Source: an uncultured delta proteobacterium | GTDB lineage: Bacteria; Desulfobacterota; WTBG01; CAIYCZ01 | Reading direction: 5' to 3' | Assembly: GCA_963803975.1 (NCBI GenBank) | Contig: CAWDOY010000047.1 | Location: 186,385 to 250,384 of the forward strand | Length of the DNA stretch: 64,000 bases | In this document: positions 50,584 to 62,401 of the stretch, piece by piece | Layout: each line of letters opens with the position of its first letter | How positions within the stretch are numbered: the stretch's first letter is position 1 | Notes under the pieces: model-generated | Told to the model about the DNA's origin: nothing | Databases searched by the model: none | Seen by the model: only the letters and a program-made list of their open reading frames with translations | Position numbers and translations under genes: made by a program

Positions 50584-53070
50584 ATGATCGTTCACAGACC
50601 GCGACCGCCCCGAGCCCTCCTTCTCGCTGCAGCCCTCGCCCTGGCCGTGGGCGCTTCCGGCTGCGCCTCCGAACGCGCGTTCCGGGAAGCGCAGGACTAC
50701 GAACAGCTCCAGCACTGGGACATGGCCGTCATGGCCGGCGGTGTCTCTGGAACCAGGGAGCCAGAAGTACACGACGGCGCTCTTCCGCGCGCGGCTGCAG
50801 GCGGCCCAGACCCACCTCGGGAGGGGGCGGCCGCCACCGCTCGGCGGGGCAGCTCGACCTCGCGAAGGTGGAGCTCGAGCAGAGCGTCGCGCTCGACCCG
50901 ACGAACGACGTCGCCATCCAGGAGCTGAGGAGGGTCGTCGAGGACATCGAGACGCGCCGGCTCGAGGCGGCCGGTGGCTCGCCGACCGAGAGGGCCAAGG
51001 CCAGGGCGAAAGGCCGCAAGGCCGCTCCGCCGATGCTGAATCCGGCCTCCGACAAGCCGATCGACGTCACGTTCCGCCCGACACTCCGATCAAGAAGATC
51101 TACCAGGCCCTCTGCACCGCGTCGGGGATCAACGTCATCTTCGACCCGCAGCTGAAGGACGACAAGTTCACGATCGACCTCAGGAACCTCTCGTTCCAGA
51201 AGGCCCTCGAGAACGACCATGCGGCAGGCGGGGCACTTCTACAAGGTGATCGACGAGAAGACGATCCTCGTCGCGCAGGACACGCAGCAGAACCGGAAGG
51301 AGTACGAGGACCAGGTCGTCCGGACGTTCTTCCTCTCCAACGGCGACGTGAAGGACGTCTCGGCGATGGTCCGCGGCCTTCTCGACCTGCGGAGGATGGC
51401 GACGGTCACGCAGCTCAACGCGATCGTCATCCGCGACACGGCCGACAAGGTCGCCGTGGCCGAGCGGCTCATCGAGGTGAACGACAAGGCGAAGGCCGAG
51501 GTCGTCCTCGACGTCGAGCTGCTGCAGCTGAGCACGAAGAAGCTCCTCGACCTCGGGGTGGCGCTCTCGAGCTACAGCATCACCGGCTCCTACGGACCGA
51601 CCTCGGAAGGGGGCTCCGGCGGGAGCACGTCGGCGACTCTTCCCTGGGACGAGCTGATCAAGCTCTCCCTGTCCGACTTCAACTTCACGGTTCCCTCCAT
51701 CATCATCAACTTCATCAAGACGAACACCCAGGCGGAGGTCCTGGCCCAGCCTCAGCTGCGGATCGCCGAGGGAGGAGAAGGCCCAGCTCGTCATCGGCAA
51801 CCGCGTCCGATCCCGGTGACGACGATCAACACGCAGCAGGCGATCGGTCAGATCGGAGTCGTTCCCGGTGACGTCCTTCCAGTACCAGGACGTCGGCATC
51901 AAGCTCGACGTCGACCTACCGCGTCCACCACAACAAGGAGGTCTCGCTTCAAGCTGGACCGTGGAGGTCTCGAACCTGGAACGGCTACGTCGACGGCGGG
52001 AACGGGCAGAAGCAGCCGATCATCAGCACCCGGACCGATCACGTCGAACATCCGGCTGAAGGACGGCGAGACCGAGCTTCCTTCGCGGGCCTGCGTCGAG
52101 ACGGCGAAGCCCACGACCACGAAGACCGGGATCCCGTTCCTCGCGGACCTGCCCCTCGTCGGCCCCCCTTTCGGGGCAGACGGAGGGGACCGATGCCGAC
52201 CGCAACGGACATCCTCTCCTGACGCTCACGCCCCACATCACCCGCGCTCCGCAGATCGAGGGAGGAAGACCTCGTCCCGATCTGGGTCGGCACGGAGAAC
52301 AACGTCAGCTTCTCGGGGCTCAACGTGAGGGGGCTCGGAGTCGCCGCAGGCCCCCGCTGACGCCGTTCGGATCCCGGTCTCCGAACCTGCCGCCTCTCGC
52401 CCGGTGGCGCCCACGAGCTCCCGGTTCTTCCGGGCCCATGAGCGTGCCGATCCCCCGGGGACCTATCCCGATCCAGGGGGCTCCGGCTCCGACCGACCCG
52501 TTCAAGCCGACATCCGACGCCGCCGAATCCGACGCGCCGGTCCCGTCGGGCCGTGCGAAGACTCCCGTCGCCGGCGGGAACGCGGCCCCGGCCTCGTCGA
52601 GCTTCGTCGAGACGACGGGGGCGCAGTCGCTCGTCCTCGGCCTGGAGGATCGAGAACCGGCCGAGCTGTCCGCGGGCGAGACCACGACGCTGACGCTCAG
52701 CGGCCCCCCCGAGCTGGCCGACGCGGGGCGGCGCTCGAGGGTGACGCTCGAATTTTTTCTGGGACCCGACCGGTCGCCGAGGTCGTCATTGGCGATTTTC
52801 TCGCCGGGCCCGTGGCGGCACGGGCTCCCGCGGCCCTCAACACCCGCCTCGACGCCGACCACGGCCCCGGTTGCGCGGTGAGGGTCGGCCTCGGGTCGCC
52901 CACGGGCGTGGTCGGCCTGCCGAGCGGAGCGCTCCGCGCGTTTCACCGTCCGCGGACTCGCCCCGGGGAAGACGCTCCTTCAGGGATGTCGGCAGGGGCG
53001 GGCTTCGGCCAAGAACGGTGCGCTCCGTCCCGAGGCGGAGGGCGTGGCCCTGTCGGTCGGCCTGCCCTGA
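50584..53070 (+). CDS. Secretin (GspD/PilQ family) lipoprotein with TPR-like N-terminus (frameshifted)
   Basis: Lipobox ASGC, GINVIFDPQL, VRTFFLSN, NAIVIRDT, EVVLDVELL, LAQPQLRI, FQYQDVGIKL, IRLKDGET, GIPFLADLPLVG. Confidence 0.88.
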
Positions 53071-53082
53071 GGCGCGATCCCG

Positions 53083-53560
53083 ATGACCCGGACCCGCGCC
53101 CGCGGCTACTCGCTCGTTCGAGCTCGTCGTCGTCGTCACGCTGATCCTCGTGCTGACGGCGATGATCGTTGCCCGTTGGCGCGTTTCAACGTGGACGCGG
53201 ATGAAGGAGATGGGAGCTCCAAGGAAGCGCTCCGGACGGATGCGTACGCTCCCATCGACGAGCACAAGCGACTGTCCGACCAGGGACCTGATCCCGGTCG
53301 TGCTCGACACCGAGGGGTACCCGAAGGAGCACTCGAGAAGCTCGTGGAAGGCGTCGAGCCTCGTGGGGCACGCTCAAGAAGGTCCGGAAGTTCCTCCGGC
53401 GGATCCCGGTCGACCCGATGACGGGAGAGGCGGAGTGGGGGCTGCGGAGCCTTCAGGACCGACTTCGACCTCGACCAGCTGGGGGCGGCAGAACGTCTAC
53501 GACGTCTACTCTCTTTCCGAAAAGACGGGTCTGGACGGCACGAAGTACAAGGACTGGTGA
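53083..53560 (+). CDS. Pilin/pseudopilin with type IV prepilin signal (frameshifted)
   Basis: RGYSLV(E)LVVVVTLILVL, GYP, FLRRIPVDPMTG, VYDVYS...LDGTKYKDW. Confidence 0.8.
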
Positions 53561-53562
53561 AC

Positions 53563-54024
53563 ATGACGAGCCTCCTCTCACGCCTACCGGAGGGGATCTT
53601 CCCGGGTGCCCGCCGGACCTCCGCCCGCGCCCTCAAAGGGCGTGGCTTCACACTGATTGAATTGCTCGTCGTCATCGCGATCATCGGCATCCTGGCGGCG
53701 ATCAGCATCCCGATGCTCCTGAAGACACCGATCCGGGCCAAGGAGGCCGCGCTTCGGGAGAACCTCTTCACCTTCCGCTCCTGCATCGACCAGTACAAGG
53801 CCGACAAGGGAAACTACCCCGAGTCGCTCGAGGTCCTGGTGCAGGAGAAGTACATCCGGAAGGTCCCGATCGACCCGTTCACCAGGTCGGCCGACACGTG
53901 GACGCTCGTCTTCGACGAGCCCTCCTCGGCCGAGGCCGCCTCGGAGGAGCCCGTGGGCATCGTCGACATCCACTCGGGCTCGACCGCGACGGCGCTCGAC
54001 GGAACGGCCTACAACACGTGGTGA
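53563..54024 (+). CDS. Pilin/pseudopilin, GspG-like
   Basis: RGFTLIELLVVIAIIGILAAI, DQYKADKGNYPESLEVLV, IRKVPIDPFT. Confidence 0.92.
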   Translation: MTSLLSRLPEGIFPGARRTSARALKGRGFTLIELLVVIAIIGILAAISIPMLLKTPIRAKEAALRENLFTFRSCIDQYKADKGNYPESLEVLVQEKYIRKVPIDPFTRSADTWTLVFDEPSSAEAASEEPVGIVDIHSGSTATALDGTAYNTW

Positions 54025-54642
54025 GCGGGGCGGGACCGCGGAAGGGGGGGCGCGGATACACGCTCGTCGCCCTCCTCGTCGGGATCACCGTCGCGTCGAT
54101 CCTGATCGCCTCGGTTCTGCCCCTGGCCTCCGCGCAGGCGCAACGAGAACGCGAGGCGGAGCTGATCTTTCGCGGGCTCCAGTACGCAAGAGGGGATCCG
54201 CGTCTTTCGCCGGCGGTTCGGGCGGTACCCGAACACGCTGGAGAGAGGAGGCTTCTTCGAGACGAAGCCCCGGAGCATTCGCAAGGTCTGGAAGGACCCG
54301 ATGACGAAGGACGGTGAGTGGGGAATCATCTCGTTGGCCGGGATTCCCCTCACGCCGGCGGCGGGAGAGGGAGGCGGGCGCGTCCCGACCCCGAAGCCGA
54401 CCCCGAAGCCCGACCCGAAACGGACGCCCCTGCCGGGCGAGGCGGGGACGACGGGACCCGTGATGGGCGTCACCTCGAAGTCCACCGGGAAAGGCTTCCG
54501 CCTCTGGGAGGGACGCTCGTCGTACAACGAGTGGCGCTTCACGGAAGAGAGCCTGGGCCTCAAGCCCATGGAGGGCGGGGGGTCCGGACAGGGACCCGGT
54601 CCCGGCGGCCCCAGAGTCCCCCGGGGGCGGAAAAAGTGCTGA
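54021..54642 (+). CDS. Minor pseudopilin-like protein (indel)
   Basis: GYTLVALLV, QREREAELIFRGLQY, GRYPNTLE, IRKVWKDPMT, YNEWRF. Confidence 0.8.
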
Positions 54643-54673
54643 CCTCCGGCGGCCCGACGGTAAGATCCGCGCC

Positions 54674-55951
54674 GTGGAAACTCGAATCCTCGGAGACGGC
54701 CTCTCCGTCTGGCTCGACCCGATGCGGGACGTGCGGAGCGTCGCCCTCGGCGTCTACGTTGCGGGCGGGTCGGCCGACGAAGACCCCGAGGCCCTCCGGG
54801 TCGACCCACTTCCTCGAGCACCTCCTCTTCCGCCGCTCCCGGCGCCGAACGGGAGCCGCGATCGCCCGGACCACGGACCGGCTCGGCGGCGACTGCGACG
54901 CCTACACGACGAAGGAGTGGATGGCGGTCCACGCCCGAACCCCTTCCGAGCGCCTGCCGGACGCGCTCTCCCTCCTCCTCGACCTGACCGAGGCCCCCGC
55001 CTTCACGGCCGACGACGTCGAGACCGAGCGGAAGGTCATCCTCGAGGAGATGGCCGAAGCGAACGACGTTCCGGAGGATCGCCTTCACGAGACGTTCGTC
55101 CGCTCCTACTGGCCCGACCATCCCCTCGGCGCTCCGATCCTCGGAACCGGCGAGACGGTTCGCGCCCTGACCCGCGGGCGGCTCGTGAAACGGTTCCGCG
55201 AGGTCTTCCGGCCGGAGAAGACGCTTCTCGTCGCCATCGGCGCGTTGAGCCGGAGTTCCTCCTTCAGGCTCCTCTCGGCCGAGCGGAAGAAGCGCCGGCA
55301 CGCGGCGGGTCCGCTCGCTCCGGCGGCCGCGGCGAGGCTGTCGCCCACGGCCACTCACTGCGCCTTCCACATTCCACGGCTCGACCTGACCCAGACGCAC
55401 CTCCTGGTGGGAACGCCGGCCCCGGCCTACGCCGACCGGCAGGTCCCCGCGGCGTGGCTCCTCTCCGTCATCCTCGGAGGGGGCGTCTCGTCCCGCCTCT
55501 GGCGCCGCGTCCGCGAGCGGCACGGTCTCGCGTACCACGTCGGGGCGGGCCTCACGCTCCACCGCGACGGCGGCATGGCGCTCATCGAGGCGGCGACGGC
55601 GCCGAAGAAGCCGAAGCTCGTCCGTGCGACGGGAGCCGTCCTCCGCGAGCTGCGCAACACCGGGATCACGCGCTCCGAGCTGAGGAGGGCGAAGGACCAG
55701 ATCCGCGCCGAGATCGCGATGTCGCTCGAGTCGACCTCCTCGCGGCGCGAGGGAGTCGTCCGTGCCTGGTTCTTCCGGGGGCGCCCCTGGGAGGCCGACG
55801 AGGTCATCGCCGAGATCGAGGCGGTAACGGCCAGGTCGACGACGCCATCTCCATTCTCTTCGGGACGCCCGACTCGACCGGTTTCGGCGTGACGGGCCCC
55901 TCGCTCGTCGGGGCCACCGTCGACGACCTCGCGGGCGAGCTTGCGGCGTGA
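54674..55951 (+). CDS. M16 (pitrilysin) family zinc peptidase (indels)
   Basis: Inverted zinc motif HFLEH, AYTTKE, ERKVILEE, ILGGGVSSRL...VRERHGLAY. Confidence 0.92.
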   Translation: METRILGDGLSVWLDPMRDVRSVALGVYVAGGSADEDPEALRVDPLPRAPPLPPLPAPNGSRDRPDHGPARRRLRRLHDEGVDGGPRPNPFRAPAGRALPPPRPDRGPRLHGRRRRDRAEGHPRGDGRSERRSGGSPSRDVRPLLLARPSPRRSDPRNRRDGSRPDPRAARETVPRGLPAGEDASRRHRRVEPEFLLQAPLGRAEEAPARGGSARSGGRGEAVAHGHSLRLPHSTARPDPDAPPGGNAGPGLRRPAGPRGVAPLRHPRRGRLVPPLAPRPRAARSRVPRRGGPHAPPRRRHGAHRGGDGAEEAEARPCDGSRPPRAAQHRDHALRAEEGEGPDPRRDRDVARVDLLAARGSRPCLVLPGAPLGGRRGHRRDRGGNGQVDDAISILFGTPDSTGFGVTGPSLVGATVDDLAGELAA

Positions 55952-56434
55952 GCGTCGTCGTGAGCGGTCCCGAAAACGTCCCGGCGAGCCTCACCGTGAG
56001 GTTCCACCTCCGCCCCGAGTGCGCCGACCTCGGCCCCCCGGAGTACGCCAGCGACCTCGCCGCCGGCGCCGACCTCCGCGCGGCCCTCGACGCGCCGATG
56101 ACGCTCGCTCCGGGAGAACGCGCCGCCGTCCCGACCGGCCTGACGCTTCGAGATCCCGCCCGGGTTCGAAGCGCAGGTCCGCGCCCGCTCGGGTCTCGCG
56201 CTGAAGAAGGGGCTCGCCCTCGCCAACGGCGTCGGGACGATCGACGCCGACTACCGGGGCGAGGTCGGCGTCCTCGTAGTGAACCTGGGCACCGAGCCGG
56301 TCGTTCTCTTGCGCGGGGAGCGGATCGCCCAGCTCGTCGTGGCGCCCGTGGTGAGGGCGCTCTTCGAGCGGGCTCCCGAGCTGAACGGGACCGCCCGGGG
56401 CGCCGGCGGCTTCGGGTCGACGGGGACGGCGTGA
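55948..56434 (+). CDS. dut: dUTP diphosphatase (indel near 56150)
   Basis: [39 protein letters not shown]. Confidence 0.95.
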
Positions 56435-57234
56435 TCGAGGTCGCCTTCCTCGGGTCGGGCTCCACGGGGAACTGCGCGGTGATCCGCGCCGGCCGGACGG
56501 CCGTTCTCCTCGACGCCGGCCTTTCGCCGCGTCAGATCGGCGTGCGGCTCGGCAAGCTCGGGATGTCGCTCGACGACGTCTCCGCGCTCCTCCTGACGCA
56601 CGAGCACTCCGATCACGTCGCCTCGGCCGCGGCCCTCGCGACGAAACGCGGCCTCCCCGTCTACGCGACGAGCGGCACCCTCGCGAAGGCGGGGCTCCCG
56701 GGGCCACTTTTTGCCGACCTCCACACCGTCGCGGACGGCGCGGAAATCTGCTTCGGCGGGGGCGACCTGACCGTGCGGGTGACCCGGACGCCGCACGACG
56801 GGGTCGACCCGGTCTGCTACGTGTTCGCCGACGGCGCCGGACGGCGCGTCGGCGTCGCGACGGATCTCGGGCACCTCTCGAAGAAGGTCCTCGAGGCGCT
56901 CGAAGGGTGCGAGGTCCTCGGTCTCGAGGCGAACCACGACGTCGACGTCCTCCGGGAAGGGGCCTATCCGGCGTTCCTGAAGAAGCGGATCCTTTCGGAC
57001 GTGGGGCATCTCTCGAACGAAGCGGCGGCCGCGGGCCTGTCGCGTCTCCTCGGCGAGCGGACGAGAATCGTCGTCGGGCTCCACCTGTCGAAGAACAACA
57101 ACACGCCGACCCTGGCCGAGCGCGCGCTCCGCCAGGGCGTCGAACGGCTCGGGGCGAAGGTCGTCCTCGAGATGGCGGGTCCGGACGCCCCGACCGGCTG
57201 GTACCGGGCGCGGCCCGCGGGAGGAATCGGATGA
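56431..57234 (+). CDS. Metallo-beta-lactamase fold hydrolase (YycJ/WalJ-like)
   Basis: [36 protein letters not shown]. Confidence 0.92.
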   Translation: MIEVAFLGSGSTGNCAVIRAGRTAVLLDAGLSPRQIGVRLGKLGMSLDDVSALLLTHEHSDHVASAAALATKRGLPVYATSGTLAKAGLPGPLFADLHTVADGAEICFGGGDLTVRVTRTPHDGVDPVCYVFADGAGRRVGVATDLGHLSKKVLEALEGCEVLGLEANHDVDVLREGAYPAFLKKRILSDVGHLSNEAAAAGLSRLLGERTRIVVGLHLSKNNNTPTLAERALRQGVERLGAKVVLEMAGPDAPTGWYRARPAGGIG

Positions 57235-57473
57235 AGGTCCAGGTGACGGTGGTCCCGAAGTCGGGAGTCCTCGACCCGCAGGGGAAGGCGATCGCGGGAG
57301 CGCTGACGCGGCTCGGCTTTCCGGGCGTCGGCGACGTTCGCGCGGGAAAGGTCTTCCGCGTCGAGGTCGAGGCGAAGGACGCCGCCGAGGCGAAGGCGCT
57401 CGCCGGCCAGATGGCGGAGAAGCTCCTCTGCAACCCCGTCATCGAGGAGTACGAGGTCGAGGTGCTCGGATGA
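57231..57473 (+). CDS. purS: FGAM synthase subunit PurS
   Basis: VLDPQGKAI, VRAGK, LLCNPVIEEY. Confidence 0.96.
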   Translation: MKVQVTVVPKSGVLDPQGKAIAGALTRLGFPGVGDVRAGKVFRVEVEAKDAAEAKALAGQMAEKLLCNPVIEEYEVEVLG

Positions 57474-58191
57474 GCGCCGGGGCGCGGCCGCGCGCTTCGG
57501 TCATCGTCTTCCCTGGATCCAACTGCGACCGTGACGTCAAGGTCGCGTTGGAGGCGGTGACCGGCAAGCCCGCCCAAATGGTTTGGCACGGCGAGACCGA
57601 ACTCCCCCCTTCCGACATCGTCGTGCTCCCTGGCGGCTTCTCCTACGGCGACTACCTGCGCTGCGGCGCCATGGCCGCGCATTCCAACATCATGCGCTCG
57701 GTCATCGCTCGAGCCAAAGCCGGCACACCGGTGCTCGGCATCTGCAACGGCTTCCAGGTCCTCTGCGAGGCGGGTCTTCTCCCGGGCGCGCTCCTCCTCA
57801 ACTCGGGCCAGCGCTTCCGGTGCGAGGACGTCTTCGTCCGCGTCGAGACGATCCGCACTCCGTTCACCGCCGAGCTGACGAAGGGGGACGTCCTGCGTCT
57901 CCCGATCGCCCACGGCGACGGGAACTGGCGCGCCGAGGCGGCGACGTTCGACGACGTGACGACGCACGACCAGGTCGTCTTCCGCTACTGCGACGCCGCG
58001 GGGCGCGCGCCTCGGGCGCGAACCCGAACGGTTCCCTCGACGACGTCGCGGGCGTCTGCAACCGGGAGCGGAACGTCGTCGGCCTCATGCCCCACCCCGA
58101 GCGCGCCTCCGAGGCGTTGCTCGGCAACGCCGACGGCGCGCGGCTCTTCCGGTCGTTCGCGAACGGGCTCCTCCGCGGCCGGACGGCCTGA
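57470..58191 (+). CDS. purQ: FGAM synthase glutaminase subunit PurQ (indel near 58010)
   Basis: [43 protein letters not shown]. Confidence 0.96.
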
Positions 58192-58317
58192 AACGAGAAA
58201 CTTCGGTACAGAACGGGGTGAGGGACGTTCGCTGAGGAAGTCTGATCCGGTCGCCGAACTCGGGCGGCGTTTGGAAAAATTGCTCGAGCCTTGGAAGGAA
58301 CTCCTTCCACGCTGTCT

Positions 58318-58805
58318 TCATACGGCGCGGAAGGTGTTCCAGGCGCGTTTCGACGACCGCTCGAGGAGCGATGGGTCGTGCCGGAGAAGCAGCTCGATGT
58401 CGATGAGGTCGATCAGGCCGCCGGCGTCGATCTTCAGAAGGATCAGGTCGGCGGCGTCCACGACGGGGATCTCTTCTCCAGGATCACCCGTTCGAGCCGG
58501 CGGGCGAGGACGTCGTCCTGCCACCGTCCGCGCGGCACGACGATGTCGATCACTTCCGTGGAGTCGATCCGGACCACACCGCGAAGGGGGTCATCGTGGT
58601 CGCCTTCCCGCACTCCGACGTCGATCCCCTCCGACCGCAGATCCGCCCAGACCGAGGCGTTCAGAACGGACGGTTCGGTGGATAGGAGGTCGATGTCCTC
58701 GGTCGCACGGTCGATACCGTGAAACGCGAGGGCGACTCCTCCTATGAGCGCGCAGGGCACGCCCGTCTTCTCGAGCTTCGAGACGACGCGCGCGAGAAGC
58801 TTCAC
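58318..58805 (-). CDS. Nucleotidyltransferase family protein (DUF6036/AbiEii-like; indels, 3' end uncertain)
   Basis: [33 protein letters not shown]...DL.DI. Confidence 0.8.
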
Positions 58806-59034
58806 TCGCTGGGAGCGCCGACGGTTGCGGAAGGCCGCCGGGTGGATCGCGTGCGTGCGCTCAGCATCTCGGCCGCAACCGAGCGAGGCGTGCCGGGGGG
58901 CAGCGCCGAGGCGAGGAAGACGTCGACCCCTCGCCGGCCGAGCCGGAGCGCACGGGCCACGCGCTCGTCCGGCGTCCCCCTGAAGAATTTCGCAACCTCG
59001 GCGTCGAGATCTGCCGGAACTTCATCCTGGCCAT
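58802..59034 (-). CDS. Small helical protein coupled to the nucleotidyltransferase (possible antitoxin)
   Basis: TPDERVARALRLGRRGVDVFLA...RRPS; stop overlaps the NTase GTG start; ATG needs one indel correction. Confidence 0.55.
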
Positions 59035-59147
59035 TATCCCGCTTGACGGAAAGAGCCGCGACGGGCCTTGGAGCCCGCGGTGCCCGACGGCGACAGAAGG
59101 CCCGCCCCCGCTCTCCTTCCAGGCGGTGCGGGCAGGGCGGACGCGGC

Positions 59148-61326
59148 CTACTTCGGCGCGTCCTTCTTTTCCTTTTCGTCCCCCTTCTCCTTCCCGAAGA
59201 CGTCGTTTGCCACGAGGGCCTTCGGGTCGTAGGGAGACGGCGCGCCGCCGAGGTACTTGTGGAACCAGTCGAGGTGGGCGGAGTAGTAGAGGACCATGTC
59301 GTACCAGCCGGGCCAGTAGGCCCGAGCTCTCGAGGACGATCAGGCGCGACGGGACGCCCATCTTCTGGAGGTCGGTGAAGAACCCGAGGGACTGCGTGTA
59401 GGGGACGCGGAAGTCCTTCTGGCCGGTGATCACGAGCGTCGGCGTCTTGAACTTCTCGACGTACGACGACGGGCTCTGTTTCGCGTACCCCGAGGGGTTC
59501 TGCCAGGGGGCCCCCTTCAGGTCCCACTCGGGGAACCAGAGCTCCTCCGTCATCGAGTACATCGACCGGAGGTCGTAGACGCCCATCATCGAGGCGAGCG
59601 CCTTGAAGTGGCTGTCGTTTCCGGCGAGCCACATCATCGCGTAGCCCCCCCACGACCAGCCCATCGCCCCGATCCGGTCCTTGTCGGCCCACGGCTGAAC
59701 GGCGAGCCAGTCGGCCACGGCGAGGACGTCCTTCATCACCTTGCCGTCCCAGTCGCCCGAGATCGCGGCGGTGAAGTCCTGCCCCCAGCCGGTGGAGCCG
59801 TGCGGATTCGGGAACGCGACGACGTAGCCTGCGCCCGGGTAGACCTGCGCGTCTCCGGAACGAGTCGGCCCACTGCATCTGCGGCCCCCCGTGGACGTTC
59901 ACGATGACGGGGTACTTCTTCGCCGGGTCGAAGCCGTGCGGCTTGACGAGAGGACCTGGATCTTCTTGCCCGACGGGCTGTCGACGTAGGCCTCTTCCAT
60001 CGGGCGGAAGTCGACTTCTGCGACGAGCGCCTGGTTCTGGAACGTGAGAGGTGTCGTGGTTCCCGGCGCCTTCCCGGCGAGCGCGACGCGCCAGAGCTCG
60101 GCCGGCAGGTGCATCTGGCGGCGCGCGAGGACGGCCCAGGTCCCGTCGCGGGAGATCTCGAAGGAGTCGACGAGACCGATGGCCGTGGCGACCTGGACCG
60201 TGCCGGTCGCGAGGTCGAGGTCGAAGAGCGGCGTCCGCCCCTTCAGGTCGGCGAGGAAGAAGATCCTCTTCCCGTCCGGGTGGAAGTGGTATTCGCCGAC
60301 CCAGGAATCAAATGTCTCGGTGAGGACGCGGCTCGTCCCGCTCGCCCGGTCGTAGAGGGCGAGGAGGAAGCGGTCCGACTCGTACCCGGGCGTCCGCTGC
60401 ATCCGGAACGCAATCGACTTCCCGTCGGGCGAGTACTTCGGGGAGCCGTCGAAGGCCGGGTTCTTCGCGGTGAGGTTCTTCGGCACCTTCAGCTGCTCTG
60501 GGGTGCCGTCCACCGGGACGACGAAGACGTCGACGTTCGTCGAGAAGGAGGGGTTCGCGTCGCGGACCGACGTGAAGGCGAGCTCCTTTCCGTCCGGCGA
60601 GACGTCGAAGTCAGCGCCGCCGCCGACGGAGAAGGCGGGGGAGTCGAAGTCGCCGGGCGTCAGGTCGACGAGCGGCGCCTTCGCGTCGGCGAGGTCCATC
60701 CGCAGGACGTGCGTCCGTTTGCCGTCCTCCCACGTGTCCCAGCGCCTCACGAAGAGGGAGTCGGCGAGGACCGCCTTCATCTTCCCCTTCTCCATCGCCT
60801 CGTCCTTCTTCCTGTTGCAGTCGAGGTCGGCGGCGCAGGCGGGCCAGACGTCGACCACGAGGAAGAGGCGCTTGCCGTCGGGCGAGAAGCGGAACGCGCC
60901 GACCCCCCCGGGGAGGTCGGTCTTCTTCTCGGGCTCGCCCCCGGCGACCGGCAGGAACCAGACCTGCGGGGTTCCGGAGCGGGTGGAGAGGAACGCGAGC
61001 GTCGCGCCGTCGGGCGAGAAGGAAGGGCTGGAGTCGCGCTTGTCGAGGACGGTCAGAGCGCGGGCGTTCTTTCCGTCGGCGTCGACGCGCCAGAGGTTCG
61101 TCCAGCGCTTGACGGCCGGAAGGTCGGTCGTCGTGACGGTATAGGCGAGGCTCCTTCCGTCGGGCGCGATGACGGGCTCGGCCACCCCCTTCACCTTGTG
61201 GAGGTCGTCGATCGTCACCGCCCGCTTTTCGGGAGCGGCGGCAAGGGGGAGGGCGAGGGCGGACGCGAGCGAAACAGCGGCGATCGCGGCGGCGACGGCC
61301 GCTCCGCGGGTCCTCTTCAAGGTCAT
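59148..61326 (-). CDS. Exported S9 family (prolyl oligopeptidase-like) peptidase (indels)
   Basis: Signal peptide, SPDG propeller repeats, VHGGPQ, GWSWGG nucleophile elbow, D in QKDFRVP. Confidence 0.93.
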
Positions 61327-61363
61327 GGGTTTGTCTCCTGGGGCACGCGGAGAGGGCGGCCCG

Positions 61364-61897
61364 TCACTTCCGGAAGGCGTAGGGGACTGCGAGGGTCCGC
61401 TTCTCCCACGAGATGCGGAGGGTTCCCCGGAAGGCGTCCTCGGGGAGGAAGAAGATCATCATGGACTCGAGGTGGTCGGGCCTCGCGAAGGACTTCATCG
61501 GGATCCGGGCGACGTCGAGCCTCGGGTCGTACTCGGTGCCCCACTGGCCCGTCTGGCGGTTGACGATGAGCAGCCACTCCTTCTGGCTCGGGAGCGTGTA
61601 GAGCGTGTACGTCCCTTTCGGCAGGACGGTGCTGCCGAGGGTGACGTCGACGTCGGTCGTCAGAGTGGTCGCGGCGTTCGCGCCGGTCCTCCAGACCTTT
61701 CCCCACGGGACGAGGCCGCCGAAGACCTTCCGTCCCTTCACGAACGGGCGGCCGTACTCGACCATCTTTCCCGTTCCCACGGCGATCTCCTCCGCCGCGC
61801 GGGGCGAGAGGGCGACGCGCGACGCGGAGGTCGCCTCCTGCGCGCCGGCGGGGGGGGCGAGGAGGGACAGGGCGATGATGAGGACGGCTCGGCGCAT
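61364..61897 (-). CDS. DUF2911 exported protein
   Basis: SPRA, YGRPFVKGRKVFGGLVPWGKVWRTGANAAT, GTYTLYTLP. Confidence 0.92.
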   Translation of the reverse strand: MRRAVLIIALSLLAPPAGAQEATSASRVALSPRAAEEIAVGTGKMVEYGRPFVKGRKVFGGLVPWGKVWRTGANAATTLTTDVDVTLGSTVLPKGTYTLYTLPSQKEWLLIVNRQTGQWGTEYDPRLDVARIPMKSFARPDHLESMMIFFLPEDAFRGTLRISWEKRTLAVPYAFRK

Positions 61898-61987
61898 TCG
61901 ACCTCCGCGGCCGGTTCGGGTCCGGCCGGGAGGGGAGTTTACGGGAGGCGGGGAACTCCGTCCCGGATCGCGCGGGCTGCCCGAGCC

Positions 61988-62401
61988 TCAGTAGTTCAGC
62001 CCGCCGCCCGCGACGCGAAACTGCCAGATCGTCGCCCAGTTCTGCTTCACCCAGAGTCGCACGTTCTCGTAGATCACCGGGTCCTTGAGGTCGTCCGCGG
62101 AGGCGTGCTTGAACCAGTGGGCGGCGGCGCGGGCCGTGAGATTCGCCAGCGCGACGGCGACGCCCGTCAGTGAGGCGATCGGCTTCATCCCCAACGCATT
62201 GAAGAGCGTCGCGGCGTAGCCCATGTCGTAGCTCTGGTCGATCGCGTCGACGAGCAGCGCCTGCGCGAAGGCGCGGTCCTCGATCGTCAGCTTTTCCGGC
62301 GTGATTCCCGGCTCGGTAAAGAAGAAGCGGAGGACGTTGTGGGCGTCCTGACCGGTAAGGATGACCTCGCCGGCCGTGAACCTGCGAAGGCGGTCTGACA
62401 T
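61988..62401 (-). CDS. Hypothetical protein (137 aa)
   Basis: Intact ORF with AAGGAG RBS and normal amino-acid composition. Confidence 0.75.
   Translation of the reverse strand: MSDRLRRFTAGEVILTGQDAHNVLRFFFTEPGITPEKLTIEDRAFAQALLVDAIDQSYDMGYAATLFNALGMKPIASLTGVAVALANLTARAAAHWFKHASADDLKDPVIYENVRLWVKQNWATIWQFRVAGGGLNY

Noticed and set aside
55948..57234. Apparent dUTPase-MBL fusion (428-aa ORF)
   Set aside because: An indel artefact: dut finishes in another frame at 56434, overlapping the MBL GTG start.
54009..57967. 818-aa and 658-aa minus-strand ORFs
   Set aside because: Antisense shadows of clear plus-strand genes in stop-poor, high-GC DNA.
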